Virus record (IMG/VR): IMGVR_UViG_3300043117_000434
Coordinates: 1 to 28,306 of that record
Origin: a virus
Lineage: Duplodnaviria; Caudoviricetes
Strand: one strand, 5' to 3'
Length of the DNA: 28,306 nucleotides
This document shows positions 7,375 to 15,701 of the stretch, in pieces (positions within the stretch are counted from its first letter, which is position 1; every line of letters begins with the position of its first letter). Under the pieces are notes generated by a model. The model searched no databases. It was not told the origin of the DNA and worked only from the letters and a program-made list of their open reading frames with translations. The translations under genes were made by a program, and so were the position numbers.

Positions 7375-7384
7375 AAATAAATTT

Positions 7385-8437
7385 ATGAGTAAAATAGTTG
7401 AGGAAAACTTGGCTGATACTAATGCAGTTACTAAGTCTATGTCTGAAATCTTGTCAGAAACTCGTTCTGTTTATAATGGACATCCTGCTAACTCAGGAAA
7501 CGAGGACTCTGTTGAAGATAAAGATTCGTCTGATCTGGATAAATCTGATTCTGATGATTCTAAGAGCAAAACTTCTTCTGATAAAGAAAAGACTTCTTCT
7601 GGTGATGATAGTGATTCTGATCAGAAGGATAGTTCAGATGAGCTTAAAAAGGATGCTGAATTTAAGTATAAGTCTCATGAGGAAGCTGAAAAAGGGTATC
7701 GGGAAGCCGAAAAGCTTGCTACCAGGAAGGCCGAGGAAGCAAGATTAGAAAGAGAGCGTGCCGAAACTCTTGCTGCTCAGTTGTCCGAGATGGAAGCTAA
7801 GCTTGCTGAAGGGCTCAAAAAGAGTGCTCCGAAAGACAAGGCTTCCAGTAAGGACTCTTCTACGCTCAACAAGGAAATGCAGGGAGAGTTTAAGAAACTC
7901 TACGAAGATATTGCCAAGTTAGACCCGTCGAGTGATGATTATGAAGATAAAATATCCGAGAGATGGGCTCAACTTGGTGAGTACCAGCAAGCACAGTTTC
8001 AAAAAGTGTTTGAAAAAATGTTTGAGGAGTATAAGGAAGAAGAGATTTCCAAAAAACAAGCTGCTGAGAAACAGTATGCGGAAGATCAGGCCTTAGTTAA
8101 AAAGGTCATTTCTGATGCGACTGAAGCTGGCTTGAACATGAAGGAAGGCTCTTATGAGTCCGAACTTTTTTGGATGTTCTCCAAAGATGCTCCTGAGGGT
8201 ACTTCTGTAGATGAGCAGATAAAGTGGACTTGTGACAGAGTCAAGCAAACTATTGAGGAAATACGTAAACCTATTTTTAATCTGGCTGATAAAGCCAATG
8301 AAGCCCAAGACAAGAATTCCGTTCTTGAGCGAGGTGGAACTAGGCCTCCCCAAACCTCTAAAAAAAGAGGTGGGGGTGAAGAAAACAAGCCTATGACACT
8401 TTTAGATGCGTTTACCAAGACTGAAAGACGCATCTAA
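7385..8437 (+). CDS. Capsid scaffolding protein
   Basis: Directly upstream of the MCP. Acidic D/S-rich N-terminus, KYKSHEEAEKGYREAEK motif typical of podovirus scaffolds, long coiled coil. Confidence 0.8.
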   Translation: MSKIVEENLADTNAVTKSMSEILSETRSVYNGHPANSGNEDSVEDKDSSDLDKSDSDDSKSKTSSDKEKTSSGDDSDSDQKDSSDELKKDAEFKYKSHEEAEKGYREAEKLATRKAEEARLERERAETLAAQLSEMEAKLAEGLKKSAPKDKASSKDSSTLNKEMQGEFKKLYEDIAKLDPSSDDYEDKISERWAQLGEYQQAQFQKVFEKMFEEYKEEEISKKQAAEKQYAEDQALVKKVISDATEAGLNMKEGSYESELFWMFSKDAPEGTSVDEQIKWTCDRVKQTIEEIRKPIFNLADKANEAQDKNSVLERGGTRPPQTSKKRGGGEENKPMTLLDAFTKTERRI

Positions 8438-8460
8438 AATATATATAAAGGAGTAATACT

Positions 8461-9438
8461 ATGGCTGATGCAATGGATTGGACGTTTGACTCTGATGTTG
8501 GCGTCTATAAAAATCATCATATAAGCAACAAGATTTTGTATGCTGCTGTTGGAGAATGTAAAGTTGCCCAGTTTGCAAGACCTGCCCCTGGTGTTAACGG
8601 GTTGTTCAAGCATAAGGGTGAAACTGTCAACATTATGCATATAAACGAACTGCCTGATCCCGAGTCTACCAAAATTACCAATGAGGATGACTCGATTCCG
8701 ATAGATAAAGTAACCTGGGGAAATCGCCCCATTACTTTAGAAGAGCATGGCAGGGGTGTTGAGTATACTAACCTGGCACAGCAATTCGGAAAGTTTGACT
8801 TGAAGCAGGAATTGCAGGCTGCTCTTAAAAGACAAATGACTCGTGCCCTGGATACTGAGACTGCTGCTGCTTTTCAGAGCACTGATGTTAAGATCTGCTT
8901 TATTCCTACATCTCTGACTGGAGGTACCTTCGATACTGATGGAACTGCCTCTACAGTAGCTACAGCCAACCTTACATTCGACCACATGGGGGTTCTTGCA
9001 GATTACATTAGCGGGGACATTCATTGCCCACCTTTTGAGGGGGATGACTATATTATGTTGTCCTGCAGGAAAACCTTGAGGGGAATCAAGCAAGATTCTT
9101 TGTGGCAGCAAGTGCACATGTATTTGCAGAAGGGGGACCTGTTCTTTAAGGGTGAGGCTGGAAAAGCTGAGAACATTCGGGCTGTCCAGGTTGACAGGGA
9201 AGAAGCAATTTCTAATACTGCTGGGGCATCTACTGTTCTTGGCGATGCTGTTGTGTTCGGAAGTGAGGCAGTTGGATATGTCGAGACTTCTCCTCCTCAG
9301 CTTTACGCTGATCCGAATTTCCAGAGTTCTTTTGGTAGAGTAAAAGCAATGTGTTGGCAAGGCATCTACGTATACTTTAGCATTTGGAATGTTGCTGACG
9401 ATGGAAAAGCCAAGATCATTCGCATAACCTCGGCTTAA
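8461..9438 (+). CDS. Major capsid protein (HK97 fold, N4-gp56/P22-like group)
   Basis: 325 aa after the scaffold with strong AAGGAG SD. Motifs GETVNI, ITLEEHG, FKGEAGKAENIR, AVVFGSEAVG and FGRVKAMCW fit this MCP group. Confidence 0.85.
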   Translation: MADAMDWTFDSDVGVYKNHHISNKILYAAVGECKVAQFARPAPGVNGLFKHKGETVNIMHINELPDPESTKITNEDDSIPIDKVTWGNRPITLEEHGRGVEYTNLAQQFGKFDLKQELQAALKRQMTRALDTETAAAFQSTDVKICFIPTSLTGGTFDTDGTASTVATANLTFDHMGVLADYISGDIHCPPFEGDDYIMLSCRKTLRGIKQDSLWQQVHMYLQKGDLFFKGEAGKAENIRAVQVDREEAISNTAGASTVLGDAVVFGSEAVGYVETSPPQLYADPNFQSSFGRVKAMCWQGIYVYFSIWNVADDGKAKIIRITSA

Positions 9439-9452
9439 GGAGGGGTTTTATT

Positions 9453-10169
9453 ATGTACGGTGAAAATACTAAAAGTGTAATCTTGGATTCTGCCATAGCT
9501 GAGGCAGCCTTAGCTACAGCCCTGGCATATAACAATGCCATTGGGGATGAAGAGTCCAAGTGGACTATGAATGAGCCAACCCTTATCACCAGATTTTCGG
9601 CAAGGGTTACAACCGCACTGAGTGTAACGACTGCTCCGGTTATTGCCTTATTCCGTAAAGCAAAGACTGATAGTGGTGTTGGTTCAGACGATACCAGTGC
9701 CAATGCTGCTTTCATGACCGATAGTGGCGAGGCATTTACTACCAACGAGTTTGTGGGCTGGACTATCTATAATATTACGGATGGTTCTTCTGGGGTAATT
9801 ACAGCCAATACTGCAACCACTGTCACGGCAACCCTTTCTGGGGGGACAGACAATGATTGGGATTCCGGTGATAAGTATGTTATCGGGTACAAGCTGGCTG
9901 AAATTACGATTCCCACGTTGGCTGCAGTCGGTAATGTTTACTACGCAGATGTTCCCAATATTCCCGGAGTGTCCGGAACTGGAAGCACTACTGTTGGAAC
10001 CAATTACTACAAAAACAGAGGCCCTGCCAAGCTTTTTGCAGGGGATCAGCTTGCAGTTTTCTCAACAACCCTCGGGGTAGGAAGTGCTGGCGCATTCCAG
10101 CCGATTGTAATTGGCAGGTATTCTGTCGAAGCTACCGAGAACCAATCAAAATTGATTGTTTCTGCATAA
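9453..10169 (+). CDS. Putative capsid decoration/minor head protein with an inserted beta module
   Basis: Immediately after the MCP, AAGGAGG SD, A/T/G-rich. Contains a NITDGSSGVITANTATTVTATLSGGTDNDWDSGDKY module. Followed by a terminator-like hairpin. Confidence 0.65.
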   Translation: MYGENTKSVILDSAIAEAALATALAYNNAIGDEESKWTMNEPTLITRFSARVTTALSVTTAPVIALFRKAKTDSGVGSDDTSANAAFMTDSGEAFTTNEFVGWTIYNITDGSSGVITANTATTVTATLSGGTDNDWDSGDKYVIGYKLAEITIPTLAAVGNVYYADVPNIPGVSGTGSTTVGTNYYKNRGPAKLFAGDQLAVFSTTLGVGSAGAFQPIVIGRYSVEATENQSKLIVSA

Positions 10170-10201
10170 TCTGCATAAGCGGTTTGCTTTAAAACCTTAA
10201 C

Positions 10202-10236
10202 ATTGCCCCTGCTGTGTACTGGCAGGGGCGATTTTT
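10202..10236 (+). terminator. Terminator-like hairpin after the capsid genes
   Basis: attgcccctgc / gcaggggcgat stem followed by tttt. Confidence 0.7.
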
Positions 10237-10254
10237 CAATAATGGAGGTACATT

Positions 10255-11412
10255 ATGACTGCTATAGCTTCTACGGATCTTACTGTTTCAATTAATCACA
10301 GAGACAGAAATATTTTCGGAAGAGTGAAAATGAATTCAGGGACCCTTGCCTTTGGAGATGGTTCCTTAACGTATCCCGCCGGGGGCATTTCCTTGCCGAC
10401 CATAGGTAACTTCGGGTTGAATAAGGAGATGACTAACTTTGAGATTCTTGGTGCAGGAGATAGTCTGACCTATAAATATGACCAAACCAATCACAAAATC
10501 AAGGTATTTGCCAAGGCTCCCCCAATAGTCTTCGAGGAAAAGCATACCGCCGTATCAAATGCTGTGACTCTTGATTATCCGGCTGCCTGGATAATCAATG
10601 TATGTACTACAGGTCAAAACGAGGCCCTCACTGGCAGGGGCGATACTTTGGTTGATAATGAGTGCAAACTTACCTCTGCTATTGCAGACAATGTGAGGAC
10701 TGGCTTAACCACTTTCGGAGCAACAGATACGGTGTATGTGACCTATGCTACCCAAGCCTGGGCAGAGCTATATGCTCTCTTGGTTCAGGAAGAGGCAGTT
10801 ACCCTGGCTACTGGTGATAATAACCTGGCAAACAAAATGGCCGCTTTTGGTTATTGTTATGATGCTACAACTGGCCTTTTACTTCCGGTAGATGTGGCCG
10901 ACACTACGGCTGCAGGCGAAGTTGGCATCAAGTTTAATGCTGCCACTGCTCAGCTCAATATAAATGCAGCTCAAGACGGGCATAGTGCGGTGGCTACGTA
11001 TCTCAAAATGCCTGATTCTGGTACCTGGCTTTATGACCGGTGGGTTACAGACGAAGATCCGACAAAGGCTGGTGCTGATCCTTATACACAGTCTTTTGAT
11101 TATCCCTTGCTTATGTGGGGTATTACCGGATGTCTTACTGTAAACGGCGGAGCTACCCAGACAATAGTAGATGAAGCCATTGCGGCTGCTGCTGGAGAGG
11201 CAAATACACACTGGGCCTATAGGGGCACTGCTCCCGATGGAACGGCTATGGCTGCAGAGCAGATCTGGATTACTAAATCCAATGTAACTGTAACTGCCGG
11301 GAATTATATCAAGGGACATCCTTGGGAAATTCCCAACTTAGTTCCTTTGGAACTAAAGAATGGAACCCCGCTTCAGGAAGCTAATTTGAGATTTATGGCC
11401 TGGGGTAGATAA
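10255..11412 (+). CDS. Putative virion structural/decoration protein with internally repeated region (385 aa)
   Basis: GGAGG SD. N-terminal FGDGSLTYPAGGI...YD..NHKI pattern of small post-capsid phage proteins; three ~90-aa internal units. Confidence 0.65.
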   Translation: MTAIASTDLTVSINHRDRNIFGRVKMNSGTLAFGDGSLTYPAGGISLPTIGNFGLNKEMTNFEILGAGDSLTYKYDQTNHKIKVFAKAPPIVFEEKHTAVSNAVTLDYPAAWIINVCTTGQNEALTGRGDTLVDNECKLTSAIADNVRTGLTTFGATDTVYVTYATQAWAELYALLVQEEAVTLATGDNNLANKMAAFGYCYDATTGLLLPVDVADTTAAGEVGIKFNAATAQLNINAAQDGHSAVATYLKMPDSGTWLYDRWVTDEDPTKAGADPYTQSFDYPLLMWGITGCLTVNGGATQTIVDEAIAAAAGEANTHWAYRGTAPDGTAMAAEQIWITKSNVTVTAGNYIKGHPWEIPNLVPLELKNGTPLQEANLRFMAWGR

Positions 11413-11439
11413 GTAAAACAATCAACGAGGAGAAAATTT

Positions 11440-11946
11440 ATGCAGGTTATTCATACTAAAAACAGAGGGGATCATACATTCATAAGAACGTTTGCTTCTT
11501 CTGATGGAAGGCATATTGGAGCCTTGGCAGGTGGGGGGTACGCATACCTGTCTGGCATTCTTGTTACTAAGAGAGAAGATCTTATTGATCTTATCCCCGA
11601 GGGTCCAGACAGAGAAGCCGCTCTTGCTTGGTGGGAGAATAAGGACCAAGATCTCGAGAAGAAGGAAGTAAGGCGTGTTCTTATGGATGTTGATGGAGAT
11701 TTCAAGTGGGAAGATGGGAGTCCAATTGAATCTGCTCAAAGTTTGATAGAAAACTTTCCTAGAGGAAGTGACCTGGATAAACTTCTTGAATGGTTTCATG
11801 AGCGAGAAAACAAAAAGAAAGCAGCTCAATCAAAACGAAAAGACAGTGAGATTGAGCTGTCTACTAAAAACTTCCAGGAATCCAGAAGAAAATTGGCAGC
11901 AGGTCGTGGGAAAAAGGAAGCAGCAAAAAAGGCTGCTGCTGGGTAA
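11440..11946 (+). CDS. Hypothetical protein with internal duplication and basic tail (168 aa)
   Basis: GAGGAG SD. Two similar segments (LIPEGPDREAALAWWE / NFPRGSDLDKLLEWFH); K/R-rich C-terminus. Confidence 0.75.
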   Translation: MQVIHTKNRGDHTFIRTFASSDGRHIGALAGGGYAYLSGILVTKREDLIDLIPEGPDREAALAWWENKDQDLEKKEVRRVLMDVDGDFKWEDGSPIESAQSLIENFPRGSDLDKLLEWFHERENKKKAAQSKRKDSEIELSTKNFQESRRKLAAGRGKKEAAKKAAAG

Positions 11947-11951
11947 GTTGA

Positions 11952-12107
11952 ATGGCTGATCGAGTTAGGCTTTGTCCAAATTGCAAGCTGTGCTACAAGC
12001 CGGATGGCACACAGCATATTGAGCCCGGGAGATATTGTCCAAGATGCGGGTATGATTTTCACAATAAAACGGAGCACGTAGATGACGAAGAAGAGTACGT
12101 AGAGTAA
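11952..12107 (+). CDS. 51-aa zinc-ribbon microprotein (not in ORF track)
   Basis: Manual translation MADRVRLCPNCKLCYKPDGTQHIEPGRYCPRCGYDFHNKTEHVDDEEEYVE, with CPNC and CPRC pairs; fills the gap after 11946. Confidence 0.8.
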   Translation: MADRVRLCPNCKLCYKPDGTQHIEPGRYCPRCGYDFHNKTEHVDDEEEYVE

Positions 12108-12216
12108 GAACGTCTTTGTGAAAAGGTTAAACTATAAGTGTGAAAGTAAACAATGAAAAGCATAGCAACTTCAAAACCTTTATGGTGTTTAAAAACAAGG
12201 TGCCAAAGAGAAAAAC

Positions 12217-12876
12217 ATGAACTTAGGTGAAATAAATGAGGAACTAGAGCTTCATGTTAGGGATGCTGGTTTGGCAGCCTACTTCACTACTTGGGTAAAT
12301 GCTGCAATTAAAGAGATAGCCTATGATTTTTGTCTTCCTGCTTTAAGACTAAAAGAACCTGAGACAGTAACTACAACTGAGTCCGATTGGCTATATGATC
12401 TGCCAGCGACGTACCACAAGAATGTGTTTAAGGCTGCAGATGATGATTGGAACAGGGTTGCTGTTAGAAGAAGTCTCGATGATCTTGATGTTTTAGATAT
12501 AGATCATGATGATACTGGTGAGCTTGTGTCTGATGTGGCAGTGAGGGATACTCAGATTGGAATTTATCCCATGGCCGCAGGAACTCTTAGGATATGGTAT
12601 TATGAACTGCCTACTGTTCTTTCGGATGACTCAGATATTCCTACCTGCGTTCCGGAGGAATATCATTCCAGAGTGATTGTTTCCAAGGTAATTGTAAAGA
12701 ATTACCATTTGTTGATGGATATGTCTGTAAATCCTCCTCATTTGAGCTTAGAGTGGTGGAAAAATAACTACAGAGTAGGCCTTTATGGAAATGGGGCGGA
12801 TGATATTGGACTCATTAATTGTATTGCTCGAACAAAGAAGCCCAAAAGAAGGGGGGGAATATGTCCGATTCCTTAG
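12217..12876 (+). CDS. Head-tail adaptor / tail tubular protein A-like
   Basis: 219 aa. Pattern WVNAAIKEI...YDLP...IGIYP...LRIWYYELP..L..DSDIP..PEEYH is typical of podovirus adaptor proteins; first tail gene after the head module. Confidence 0.75.
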   Translation: MNLGEINEELELHVRDAGLAAYFTTWVNAAIKEIAYDFCLPALRLKEPETVTTTESDWLYDLPATYHKNVFKAADDDWNRVAVRRSLDDLDVLDIDHDDTGELVSDVAVRDTQIGIYPMAAGTLRIWYYELPTVLSDDSDIPTCVPEEYHSRVIVSKVIVKNYHLLMDMSVNPPHLSLEWWKNNYRVGLYGNGADDIGLINCIARTKKPKRRGGICPIP

Positions 12877-12920
12877 TTTAATTGTTCTCCTTGAAGCTGC
12901 CTTGAGAAATTAAGGCATTT

Positions 12921-12966
12921 TGAGCGGCAAGTAGGTGCCTACTCACCTTTTGTCGCTCATTTTTTT
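12921..12966 (+). terminator. Rho-independent terminator
   Basis: tgagcggcaa..aggtg / cacct..ttgtcgctca stem followed by T7. Preceded by the GAAA-tetraloop hairpin tgccttga/ttaaggca (12898-12917). Confidence 0.75.
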
Positions 12967-12977
12967 GGTGGTGCATA

Positions 12978-13895
12978 TTGAGTACATATAGATCATTACT
13001 TTCTGGATCAACTGGATTAAATACGGTAGTTGATCCAGTACGCATTGAGTATGACTGGAGAGAGGGAATCTCAGATTTAGCTGTTGCTGTTAATGTGACA
13101 ATTACACAGGGCAACAGGATAAATAGGAGGAAAGGAAAAACTTTAAGGCTCTCTGCTTCTGGGGCTCATAGTTTGTTTTGTGACGGTGGAGAGTGTGTTT
13201 TTGTGCGGGATTCTAGTCTTTATCTTTTAGGATCTGATTCGGTGTCTAGCAGATTGCTCCGGAGCCTGACTTCTAACGCTAAGATGAGTTATGCTCAAGT
13301 TGGGAACAAGATCTATTTTACTAATAATGCTGATCTGGGATATGTAGAAGAAGGGATTGCTTGCACATGGTCTAAGACTACTGATTATGTGGGACCAGTT
13401 ACAAGGAAGAGCATTACCGGACCATTTGCTGGAAACCATTTAGCTTTTAGGAATGGTCGAATGTATATTTCTACCGATAATGTCTTGTGGTATTCAATGT
13501 ATCTTGCCATTAACTGGTACAGATTGGCCTCAAGCTTTTTTCAGTTTAACTCTCATATTCGCATGGTTAAGCCTGTTAAAGATGGGCTTTATGTTTCTAC
13601 GGAAAAGAGAGTTTATTTTTTGCACGGAGATACCCCCAAATCTTTTGTCAGAGATGAGGTAGTTCCTTATCCTGCCTTGGAATGGTCTGATGCAATAGGG
13701 CATGAAGATGGAAGCAGTTTTCCGGATCTTGGCTTTTCTGGATCTTGTGCCTTATGGGTTACTAAGGAAGGAGCAATGGTTGGATCTCCAAGTGGAATTG
13801 TTAAGAATTTAAACAGAAACAAGGTAATATATCCTGAAGGAACTAAAGGAGTTTCTTTGGTAAGAGGATTAAATTTTATTCATACTGTTGAATAA
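12978..13895 (+). CDS. Tail protein, partial beta-propeller (nozzle/stabilisation-like)
   Basis: TTG start with GGTGG SD. Repeated short beta blades (MSYAQVGNKIYFTN, LAFRNGRMYIS, PVKDGLYVST); follows the adaptor. Confidence 0.65.
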   Translation: MSTYRSLLSGSTGLNTVVDPVRIEYDWREGISDLAVAVNVTITQGNRINRRKGKTLRLSASGAHSLFCDGGECVFVRDSSLYLLGSDSVSSRLLRSLTSNAKMSYAQVGNKIYFTNNADLGYVEEGIACTWSKTTDYVGPVTRKSITGPFAGNHLAFRNGRMYISTDNVLWYSMYLAINWYRLASSFFQFNSHIRMVKPVKDGLYVSTEKRVYFLHGDTPKSFVRDEVVPYPALEWSDAIGHEDGSSFPDLGFSGSCALWVTKEGAMVGSPSGIVKNLNRNKVIYPEGTKGVSLVRGLNFIHTVE

Positions 13896-13911
13896 ATGGA
13901 GGTAAATGTAA

Positions 13912-14667
13912 ATGGCTCTTAGATTATCGACAAAAGTTAGAAATGACATGTTGGGGTACAAGGCCCGGTGTAATCATCTTTATCACAACGATGGAGGGAT
14001 TGCTTTAGTTGATGGTGGTGGCAGTAACGATTCAATCACAGATACTGCGAATGGTCTTGGTGATTTTGAAGTAGGAGACATGATCACGGTTGCTAATGCA
14101 ACGGACTCTGATGACGATGGCAGCTACACTATCTTGTCTGTTGCGGCAGGCACTATTGAAATTCCGACTGGAAGTTTCACTACGGGTCAGGTTGCTGCTG
14201 GAAGTGTGGTTACTCTCGGGTCTGCCAGGGGCGGATCTCTGATTGATCAGTTTCGGAATGCCACTATGAAGATTTATACTGGTTCTCAACCTACCTCGGC
14301 AGATGATGCAGAGTCAGGATCAGAATTGGTGCAAATAACTATTTCCAGCGGAGCGTTTGTTGCCGGATCTGATGATAACGGGATCAATTTTGGACAAGTA
14401 GCCTCTGGTATCCTTGGAAAGGGCTTGAGTTGTGATGATGGTGTTACTGAGGAAGTGTGGTCTGGCGTTGCCAGTGCTACTGGAACAGCAGGTTGGTTCC
14501 GGATATTTGACAATGACCTTACTACAGGCGCAAGCACAGTAAAACCAAGAGTAGATGGAAGGATCGCTACATCCGGATCTCAGCTAGATATGGCGAGTAC
14601 TTCAATCACCTCTGGAGGAACTATTACCATAGATTCTGTATCTCTTCCTATGGCAGAAAGTGTTTAG
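13912..14667 (+). CDS. Virion structural (tail) protein with an inserted small beta-barrel
   Basis: GGAGG SD. Core motifs MALRLST..RN.ML, IYTGSQP.SAD.A, GTAGWFR and R.DG recognised from a phage structural protein family. Confidence 0.7.
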   Translation: MALRLSTKVRNDMLGYKARCNHLYHNDGGIALVDGGGSNDSITDTANGLGDFEVGDMITVANATDSDDDGSYTILSVAAGTIEIPTGSFTTGQVAAGSVVTLGSARGGSLIDQFRNATMKIYTGSQPTSADDAESGSELVQITISSGAFVAGSDDNGINFGQVASGILGKGLSCDDGVTEEVWSGVASATGTAGWFRIFDNDLTTGASTVKPRVDGRIATSGSQLDMASTSITSGGTITIDSVSLPMAESV

Positions 14668-14686
14668 TATTTAGAGAGGGATCACT

Positions 14687-15268
14687 ATGGGTACTCCAAC
14701 TACCCGATTCAGGCAAATCCCTAGATCTACGTCTGCGACAGCGCTTAACAAGGCTTCCAAGAGACTTGCTGCTATTTCTGGGGAAACTGAAATATCTACA
14801 GGTGCAGGGAATGAGTTGATTCTTGGTTATGCGGATATTTCTGATGGTGATGGGGCCTCTGATGTGGCAGTACTTCTCTGGGATGTTACTGCCAATGGAG
14901 GCAACACCATTGTCAAAGACTTCATGATCTGGCTTGATTCCAACGGGTTTGATGAGGCGGATACATTATTAAAGATGTGTCCGTTATCTGGTGCAGATCA
15001 AGCTGCTCCCGTCAATACAGAAAACTATATTGCTAATGCAGTAGTTTCTTCTTTTTCCTGGGCTAATATGCCGGAAGCTAACCCCGGGGCAATAAATCTT
15101 TATCCTTCGGATGAGGGAAGCAGTATGAGCATTGCTGGAGGAACCTCAGATGATGTGATAATGGTGGCCATATATGCTTTTGTAGATGAGAGTGAGACTA
15201 ATGGAATCTTTAAAGGGCTGGATGCTGGAAATGAGTTGAGGCTTAATTTTGAATATACCTACAGCTAA
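14687..15268 (+). CDS. Hypothetical acidic structural protein (193 aa)
   Basis: SD-like GAGGG; lies in the tail module. Confidence 0.7.
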   Translation: MGTPTTRFRQIPRSTSATALNKASKRLAAISGETEISTGAGNELILGYADISDGDGASDVAVLLWDVTANGGNTIVKDFMIWLDSNGFDEADTLLKMCPLSGADQAAPVNTENYIANAVVSSFSWANMPEANPGAINLYPSDEGSSMSIAGGTSDDVIMVAIYAFVDESETNGIFKGLDAGNELRLNFEYTYS

Positions 15269-15701
15269 TATAGAGAAGAAGCATCTGGATAGTGAATATA
15301 AAAACAGGTGGGAACTTTTCTACTTGGACAATGGATCTGTGGAGGATTCCCGGGAAAAGAACTGGAGAGATGTTGCCTGGAATCATGTTGTAAAAGTAGA
15401 GATTCATATGAAAGGAAAAGTTTATTCTGTAGATAATTCTGGGGAAGGGTTTAAGTTTTTCCTTAACTTCAGGCGATATGGGTTTGTTTCCAAATATAAT
15501 AAGTTTAGGGAATATGTTGGAAAGAAGAAGATAAACACATGGATTATTGGGTGGACCAATGGAAAAGAGTGTTTTCTAAAGGAGGTTGATTTTTATAGTG
15601 GAAAGCTTGTGAAGGAGTTTTCTACTTCTTTGTGCCATCAGATAGGACACATCCATCCTGATGTAGCTGACTTAGTGGAAATAAGGTTTGTAGGTAATTA
15701 G
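15249..15701 (+). CDS. Hypothetical basic/aromatic protein (~150 aa, start uncertain)
   Basis: TTG start overlapping the previous gene; its stop abuts the ATG at 15702. Confidence 0.7.
   Translation: MNIPTANIEKKHLDSEYKNRWELFYLDNGSVEDSREKNWRDVAWNHVVKVEIHMKGKVYSVDNSGEGFKFFLNFRRYGFVSKYNKFREYVGKKKINTWIIGWTNGKECFLKEVDFYSGKLVKEFSTSLCHQIGHIHPDVADLVEIRFVGN

Noticed and set aside
10161-10178. 9-bp tandem duplication tctgcataa at a stop codon
   Set aside because: Simple slippage with no evident consequence.
12140-12220. 26-aa GTG ORF overlapping the adaptor start (ATGA)
   Set aside because: Too short with a weak SD; cannot be supported from sequence alone.
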